Origin: Octopus vulgaris
Taxonomy: Eukaryota
Direction of reading: 5' to 3'
DNA length: 64,000 nucleotides
Assembly: GCA_951406725.2 (NCBI GenBank)
Contig: OX597814.1
Span: 146,072,001-146,136,000, forward strand
The notes under the pieces are model-generated. The model was not told the DNA's origin and did no database searches. It was given only the letters and a program-made list of their open reading frames with translations. This document shows, piece after piece, positions 56,520 through 64,000 of this stretch. Position 1 is the stretch's first letter. Every line of letters begins with the position of its first letter. The position numbers and the translations under genes were made by a program.

Positions 56520-57170
56520 CAAATACTATCCTATATATCGACAGAAGGCTAGAAACAATAAAGCATACAACATTATTGAAAATTTACCCTTGCTCACTAA
56601 GCATCAACCACATTCTACAAACACACAAATTCATGAAATGTAGAAAAAAACACAAAGAGATGTCCGGGGAGTTCCCCACCAAACTTCACGGTCATCCCAT
56701 GCAGCAATATGAGGAAACAATCCCTATACAAGAACAATAAAATAAAGAGAGTACATTTATAGAAAAATAGAAACCGCGCCTGAATATGAACTTATTTCCG
56801 ATTTTGGATTTTAAAACTATTTTAATTCGAGAAACCCAACTTTTTACATATTTTATTTCACTATTTTAACTCATGCGTTTATAATATAAATATTATACAT
56901 TTTTACTCTACCACCCCGACCCCACAACAATATGTACCCTACAAAAATGTGAACCCCGCCTATAAAAGCGTAATTACCGCCTCTCACTCGAAAAATGACA
57001 ATCCCCAATTACCTCACCTTAGATTTTTCTACATTTGAAACAAAATCTGATACAAGCAACAGGGACTAAAACATCCTTAAGATAATACGAAATCGCAATA
57101 TTTTCAGCAATTTCCCTGTCAAGATTAACGAAACGGAATACCTGTAGATTACGTTTTGAAATATATAAAA
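56520..57170 (+). mobile_element. Penelope-like GIY-YIG endonuclease C-terminus plus 3' region
   Basis: Hand translation PNFTVIP / [24 protein letters not shown]. Degenerate hammerhead-like TTAACGA-aacg...cgttt-tGAAA at ~57125-57165. Confidence 0.6.
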
Positions 57171-57211
57171 AACATATAAATTATATGCATTTTACTTCTT
57201 TTATTTTTTAA

Positions 57212-57404
57212 CAGTTCAATGTTTAAGAGATGAGGAATTATTTGCATTATTTACATTTGACGGATATTTCTCCTTATCTTGTTTATTGTTAACACAACAT
57301 TTTGGCTGATATAAACTCCAGCATTTATCAGGTGTCTTGGGGGAAATTGCGTACCTGGGTTCTCATTCCTAAGATATTTTTCGAAGTTGTTGTTGTTGTT
57401 GTTG

Positions 57405-57450
<46 letters not shown>

Positions 57451-57527
57451 GGTCACTGCCTGGATCCGAACTCGAAATCTTGTAGTTAGTAGTCCGCACT
57501 CTTAACCACTACGGCATATGCCCGTGG
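57212..57527 (-). mobile_element. tRNA-headed SINE-like element with a hammerhead-like 3' body
   Basis: Head 57523-57451 has A box tgccgtagtgg and B box gagttcggatcc. It is followed by (AAT)n(AAC)n and then acac-CTGATAA-atGCTG...CAGCc-AAAA-tg-TT-gtgt at 57336-57292. Confidence 0.7.
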
Positions 57528-57711
57528 GGAATTTCTTTACTATATATATATATGCAGAACGTCACCAATTGAGTAAACAACATGAAGTACAAAACAAATG
57601 AGTTAATTGCACATAAAACGAGATAAAAAATGGAATAGGAATAGAAACACGGAGAACGACACTTCATAATTTGTCGGCTTAGTATCTACCCCTCATTTCG
57701 TGCATTCAACG

Positions 57712-57754
<43 letters not shown>

Positions 57755-58634
57755 ATGTATGTATGTATGTATGTACGTATGTATGTATGTATGTATGTAT
57801 GTATGTATGTATGTATGTATGTATGTATGTATGCATGTATGTATGTATGTGTGGCTGTGATATGTATGCCCGATATACAAATATTATTAATCAGAACACA
57901 TCTTTATGCTTAGCGAATGTCGAAATGTCCTGGAATATACATTAGATATATGTATTCAACTAAAGCTTGGTATGCACCAAAAGGAAGATGCCGTTTTCCA
58001 TCATATTTTTCTTTTTATACAACTGACCCCTAAGTCCAATGTGTTAAATATCATGTTGTCTCCAAGAAGCCCTTTTGAAGTATCTCTCGTTCTTACACAA
58101 AAACCTTGTTCAATTTTCGACTTCCAGTAATTTAGTAATATAGTAATATCATTCTCTCTAATGCCTTCATTTGAATGTTATTATTATTAGTATTATCCAT
58201 ATCATATTCCTATAAATATACATGTAGATACAAAACAGTTTATTTGTGATATTAATATGATATCTTCAATGAACATATTATGAAAGGTGCAGTAGAATGC
58301 TAATTTGCAACATTCATGCGTTGAAGTGAAAAGAATATTGTCAATGATTAATAGGATATTCATTTGGATTTTGTAAGTACAAGAGAAATATTTCACTGCT
58401 ATCATTGAAGCAATGACAACATTACTTCGGTTTTCTTCAGTTGAAATGTATTCGAGTGATTTCCGAAACATTTATTCTCTAGTCAATTTTAATCAGAAAC
58501 GCTAAAAAACGTTAAATATATAGTATTCTATATTTTAATATAATTGTGTGGTCATTGATTCGACATTTACAAAGAAGTGTATGTTCTGGTTATGAGGTCA
58601 GTATAAACTGTAAGCCGTGCATAAGAACATAAAA

Positions 58635-58677
<43 letters not shown>

Positions 58678-59851
58678 TTCTTTTGGTCTTATAACTTACC
58701 GGTTATTTATAGATACGTTTGAAGTGGACGCTGCATTAAAAATGCTAACAGTAGATTTACGTCTCTGAAATATATTTTCGCGGAAAAATACTATGTTAAA
58801 TATGGTAGTACATAAAAATGCTATTTATTATAGAATGCTCAACTCATAAAGTGTCTTTGTTTTAGAATATACTTTGCATTATCGTGTATAATTTACTTGA
58901 TACCCCTTCAAGGAAATATATCTAAAATAATACGCTTCGTAGGTGGAAGTATTTTATTTCTCACAATTAGAGTAGATTTATAACATGTTATTTGTCGCCC
59001 CTTAAACCCGAAAGAAGAGTAGGCCAACAGCCAGCATTAGAAAATGAAATGTTGCGTAATAGATTCAAATTATAGAGCCTGTAGTCCGATATATACGGTC
59101 TAAATGAAGTAATGGATTCACTAATGGTAATCGTGTGAGTGATGAGAACGCAATCTCATTGTGCTGAAAGCATATACAGTACGCTAGCATACGTCATATA
59201 TCGACAGATAAATACAGTAAAATCTCAAGCCAACTACAATTACTCATACACACACACACGAACACACGGAATACATGGATACATACATACATACATATAT
59301 GAATATATATATAATATACATACATATATGTATATGTATATATGTATACGTAAGCATTATACAGTAACAGCACAATTTTGTATTAATACGGAAGATAGAA
59401 TTTTGGATATTCTATGGACATTTACAGATTTGTCCGATGAGAGACAGATCTCAGATATGACATATTCCCTAGAGGCTTCTCTCTATAATTGAGGTCTCAA
59501 AACTCGTGAAGGATGGAGTTCATATGTTAATGGAAATATACTTTGAAACCGGCTGACAAATTTTAATAGAATAAAAGGCATCCGAATTAATAATATTTTT
59601 GATAGGTACAGTGGTAGATAATTAACTGTATATATATATGTGTATGCGTGTAGGTATGTATGTGTACGAAATAATCAATATATGCACACACACACTCACT
59701 CACATATAGAATAAGATAGGTTGCAAGCGAATGAAGAGAAGTTTGACAGATATATTTATATACATAAATAGCTTCGATGACATTTTGATTAATAGCATAG
59801 GAAATATTTATATATGCGAGAAGAAAACTATTATTTCATACTGCAAGTACA

Positions 59852-59928
<77 letters not shown>

Positions 59929-59931
59929 TTT

Positions 59932-59976
<45 letters not shown>

Positions 59977-59984
59977 TTCAGAAA

Positions 59985-60115
59985 CTAGCTTCGAAATCAC
60001 ATGGTCTCAGGTTCGATCTCCTCCGCGCAATACATTGAGCAAATGCCGTTCATGCTAATACTGGACCTACACACGCCTTGTAATTGAATTTTACAGCGTG
60101 TAGAAGCCCGTTGTA
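59985..60115 (+). mobile_element. Degenerate SINE family B head
   Basis: cacatggtctcaggttcgatc...ttgagcaaatg...gccttgt...agaagcccgt. Confidence 0.6.
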
Positions 60116-60240
60116 TATATATTTATCACTTTATCTATTTTTCTATCAATCCATGTAATGGGTCTTCATGTGTGTGTGTGTGTGTTATACAGGTATATGT
60201 GTATATATACGTATATATATATGTATATACGTATACATAC

Positions 60241-60314
<74 letters not shown>

Positions 60315-60343
60315 ATGTGTGTGCGTGTGTGTGTGTACATATA

Positions 60344-61040
60344 TACTGGCTGATGTACCCGGTAATAGCCGGAAGCGGATATATTCTCAGTACCCTTTGG
60401 AATGCTTAGTTTCTCTCAGACGAAAAATGAAATCAAGACATAGGACAGATAGTAGAAGGCATAAGGAAATTTATTCACAAAAACAATGATACAAATAAAT
60501 ACGTGCAAAACTGAAAAATGACAATCGTTTGGTTAGATGAGTGGAAAGCTGCAAATATATAACCAATAGAAACATCATAAATGGAACTGTAAAGAGTGCT
60601 ATAAGATTTTGAAAAGTAAACAAAATATTATTTATGAAAGGGCACTTAATTTGACGACTGTATGTCATGAGTATAGGTCCACTTATCGTGAGAATCAAAT
60701 ATTGATTGCAACTGTTAGAGCCGACAATTTTAAGTGCAGGTGTTAAGAAAATACATGTTACGTGTTTTAGCCAACTTGAGTGGCCTAAGTAAAAAATGTT
60801 TCGTCTCAACCTGCCCTTAGCACATACTCCATCTGTGTATAAAATTTCAAGAAAATCGGTTGGAAACTTTAAAACTTAGGGCAGAAAATAACATATTGTG
60901 AGTTTTTGCATCGAAATGCTCTATTGATTTAAAAAAAAATCGATCCTGATTTAAAAATATTGACTTTTTTCTTAAATTCTAAGTCAGTAAGTGACCACAT
61001 ATGTACAAGCCCCCCATCTCCCATATGTTTCAAGTTTCAT
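60344..61040 (+). mobile_element. Possible non-autonomous Helitron/Helentron-like element
   Basis: Start actggctgatgtacccggtaatagccgg (short hairpin) and an internal aaatttcaagaaaatcggtt motif resemble HINE/DINE-type elements. The right boundary is unclear. Confidence 0.4.
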
Positions 61041-61041
61041 C

Positions 61042-61473
61042 AGGATCTATCCTGGAATGAATATAAGGAATCCTTTTGCTATTGAATACATAGAAAAACA
61101 TCAACAGAAGGAATACTGGTGACACTTTCCTATCAAAATATCTGTGAATTGTAAACTTATAAGGCCGGATATTGTTCTTTGGGACATCAAGAAAGTGTAT
61201 GTACCGTCATAGATTTCAGGTGTCCTGCTGATGTGAATATCATTTTGAAAATCAATGAGGAAGAGAATAACTATATACAACTGCTTAGAAACTTGCTGCT
61301 TCTATATCCAGATTAGAAATCTGCATTTATACCGGTAATAACTGGTGAACTTGGTTGTGTGATTGAATGCCCATATTATAATCTGGATATAACCAATATC
61401 TCGAACATAACAAATGCAATCTTTAAGTGGAGCAGTAAAACTATGCAAGATTGTTCTCAGGTTTAAAGTGTGA
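61042..61473 (+). mobile_element. RLE-type non-LTR retrotransposon (R4/Dong-like) C-terminal fragment
   Basis: Hand translation EYW*HFPIKISVNCKLIRPDIVLWD, frameshift, CTVIDFRCPADVNIILKINEEENNY...FIPVITGELG...GAVKLCKIVLRFKV*. This is the PD..D restriction-like endonuclease motif. Absent from the ORF track. Confidence 0.8.
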
Positions 61474-61502
61474 CATGTTCGTTATCTACATTACAAAGAT
61501 GT

Positions 61503-61745
61503 GGAGGCGTGTGGCCTAGTGGTTAGGGTGTCAACATTATGATCGTAAGATTGTGGTTTCGATTCCTGGACCAGCTTTGTTTTCTTGAGCAAAACACTTC
61601 ATTTCACGTTGCTCCAGTCCACTCAGCAGGCAAAAATGAGTAAAGCTGCGATGGAGTGGCGTCCCGTCCAGCAGAGGAACACATACGCCATTAAAACCGG
61701 AAAACCGTGCCCATGAGCCTCGCTAGGCTTCAAAAGGGCGCATTT
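61503..61745 (+). mobile_element. tRNA-derived SINE family C
   Basis: A box tggcctagtgg, B box gtttcgattcc and cttgagcaaaacacttcatttcacgttgctccag. Confidence 0.85.
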
Positions 61746-63915
61746 ATTTTAATTTTATTTACATTACAAAAATAGAACTTTGTATCTTTGTTGTAAACCA
61801 GCTCCCTCCACAGAGGAAGAGTTTAAATAATGAAATAAAAAAAGGACGTACATGCCTGTATATATGCCCGATGAAAAATTCGCAGATTTTGTAGCGTACT
61901 TTGCTTCTAATGGCACTCTTTAAATACTTGAAAGGGATATGGTTTTCGACCATTCCATTCTTTTGCCCCACCTGATTTACACAATCTTACTTTCTACTCT
62001 AATAGACTAAAGTGGTGCATATAATGAGGTGAGAACTTCCTATTATTTTGAGTTTATGCTGTCATTAGTTTGTTTTTACACTTGTTCTATTATTCCAAAC
62101 TTATATTTGAACCAATAGAGAACACATTTACACCGTTGCAACAGAAGTGTATCCTCTGACGCATCAAGCCTTTTTACAGAATATTGACCCTGATAGACTG
62201 GAAGATTACTTACGCTTGGAGCGCACATAGTTTGGTGCATCAAGAACTGACCAAGGGTTATACAATAACATTAAGCTCATGTTTATATTAGCTGAATACA
62301 CTGCAACATTTGAAAGTACACATCAATCGCCAAGAAAGGCAATCAATTTTACTGTCAAATACTGGCCTATTCTCAATTCTAACATCTTGACGTTGATAGA
62401 AACAGTGTAAAGATTTAATTTACATATATTTGCATTTGCCCATCCTACTGCTAAGAGACAAAACCTATGTTTACGTATGATTAAATAGCAATTAAAACTC
62501 GGTTTGTCAACGCTTTAGTTTTGAGGAATCTATTCACGCAAACTACGCATTTAGTAAAAGTCTGCTTCCTTAAATATATAGACGAGTTAATTTCAATCTG
62601 ATTATTAAATACTTCACTACGCTTCTAATTAATTATTTGTCCGAAATTTCATTCGCTTCCCATCCTATTGATTTTATTTGGTTTAATATTGGATTGATTT
62701 TTCGTATGACCAGTACTTTATCTAAATATTCTAGATACATGAAAAGCAATGTTGTTCGTATTGGATTTATTCTCCTTTGAAAAGAACTTAACAGTTAATG
62801 TTACTGAATCGATTTTCAGTATATTATTGACAATTAGTCGCTACTGCTGTTTACACACTGTTTAGCTTGATCGAGACCTACGATCAAAGACGTTCAGAAT
62901 GTGTCCTTTCCGTACCTTGACACATATGTACTGTATCTAGGATGTCCTCGTCCCACAAACCGTTGCTTTATTTAATCGGGTTATGTTTGACTTGCGAAAG
63001 ATTTATACCCAGTTTCTCGACATCGAGGTTAATCTGTAATAATTACTCTTGGATTCTGTTAACTCGTTTCTCAACGGCAAAAAAAAATGAAAAAAAAAAA
63101 GCAGGGAGATAGAGCTTGGCTTTAATTGAAAACGATTCATGATGTTTTAGAGAAACAAATATGGATGAAAGAATTCTTATCTTCTGAATTTAATGAAACA
63201 CCTGTATATTACCATCTCTATTAGAAAAATATTTTCTTATTAAACGATATTAAATCACTACTCGTCGAAGAACAATATTTACCTTTATGTTTAAATGACG
63301 TTATTCAGCAATGATTGACTTAAATAAATGTACTCAATCAATTACTTGTTTACACATGTGAAAGAGAATTTTTATTTAAATATCACTTCTTGACTTACAA
63401 GATCGAGCATGATAGTGCTCGCTTTAATATCAATATATCTGCATAGCACGCAACGTCCGTTATCACGCTTTTCTTAATTTGTTTAAATCACCGTATTATT
63501 CAGTGTTTATAATTAATACAAAAATGTTATATGGCTTCATATCATTCTTAATGATTTCATTTGTGTTTACTCTATACTTATGCGATGAGGTTGAGTAGAC
63601 TGAAACATGTCAAAGCTGTTACCTTGCAGATCACACTTATTTTTCATTGTATTCCATATTTACGTCTCTGAATTATAATTCCTGAACGTCCTTTCGTGTC
63701 TTCGTCTGACCAAAAATATTTAAATATTTAATATAATATTATTGCAGATGTTTTAGTTGATATATGGTATCATTTAGTTGCACAAAGCAATGTATTCTTT
63801 TTAATAGAAAAATATATGAATTTTATCTAATGTAAGATAAAGGAATAATCTTAATTCATTTACTTATTTGACTTACTACTTCAATTTTGCTACCACTCAC
63901 ACCAAATTTACTGTG

Positions 63916-63991
<76 letters not shown>

Positions 63992-64000
63992 TAATATCAA

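Noticed and set aside
57451-57523. Possible functional tRNA gene
   Set aside because: Acceptor and anticodon stems pair poorly, so it is treated as a SINE head.

Overview
AT-rich eukaryotic (animal) intergenic or intronic DNA, dense in (TA)n, (CA)n, (TATC)n, (TACA)n and (GA)n microsatellites. The repeat landscape resembles a coleoid cephalopod such as Octopus (inference from recalled SINE sequences, not verified). I found no convincing host protein-coding exon, and most ORF-track entries are microsatellite translations. Recognisable content is decayed mobile DNA: RTE LINEs (230-1600, 12130-12420, 42135-42445), a Tc1 transposon with perfect 26-bp TIRs (1667-2912), CR1-type LINE remnants, a Buster/Charlie-type hAT (49421-51829), Penelope-like RT and GIY-YIG fragments, an RLE-type (R4/Dong-like) LINE remnant, MITEs, and many tRNA-derived SINEs. 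The most notable signal is a set of about 8 type-I hammerhead-ribozyme-like motifs in several unrelated short elements. Two look nearly intact (13677-13724 +, 45747-45822 -). One degenerate motif sits at the 3' end of a tRNA-headed SINE-like element (57212-57527 -), and two lie in fold-back units. Together they suggest a hammerhead-bearing, Penelope-mobilised family of non-autonomous elements.
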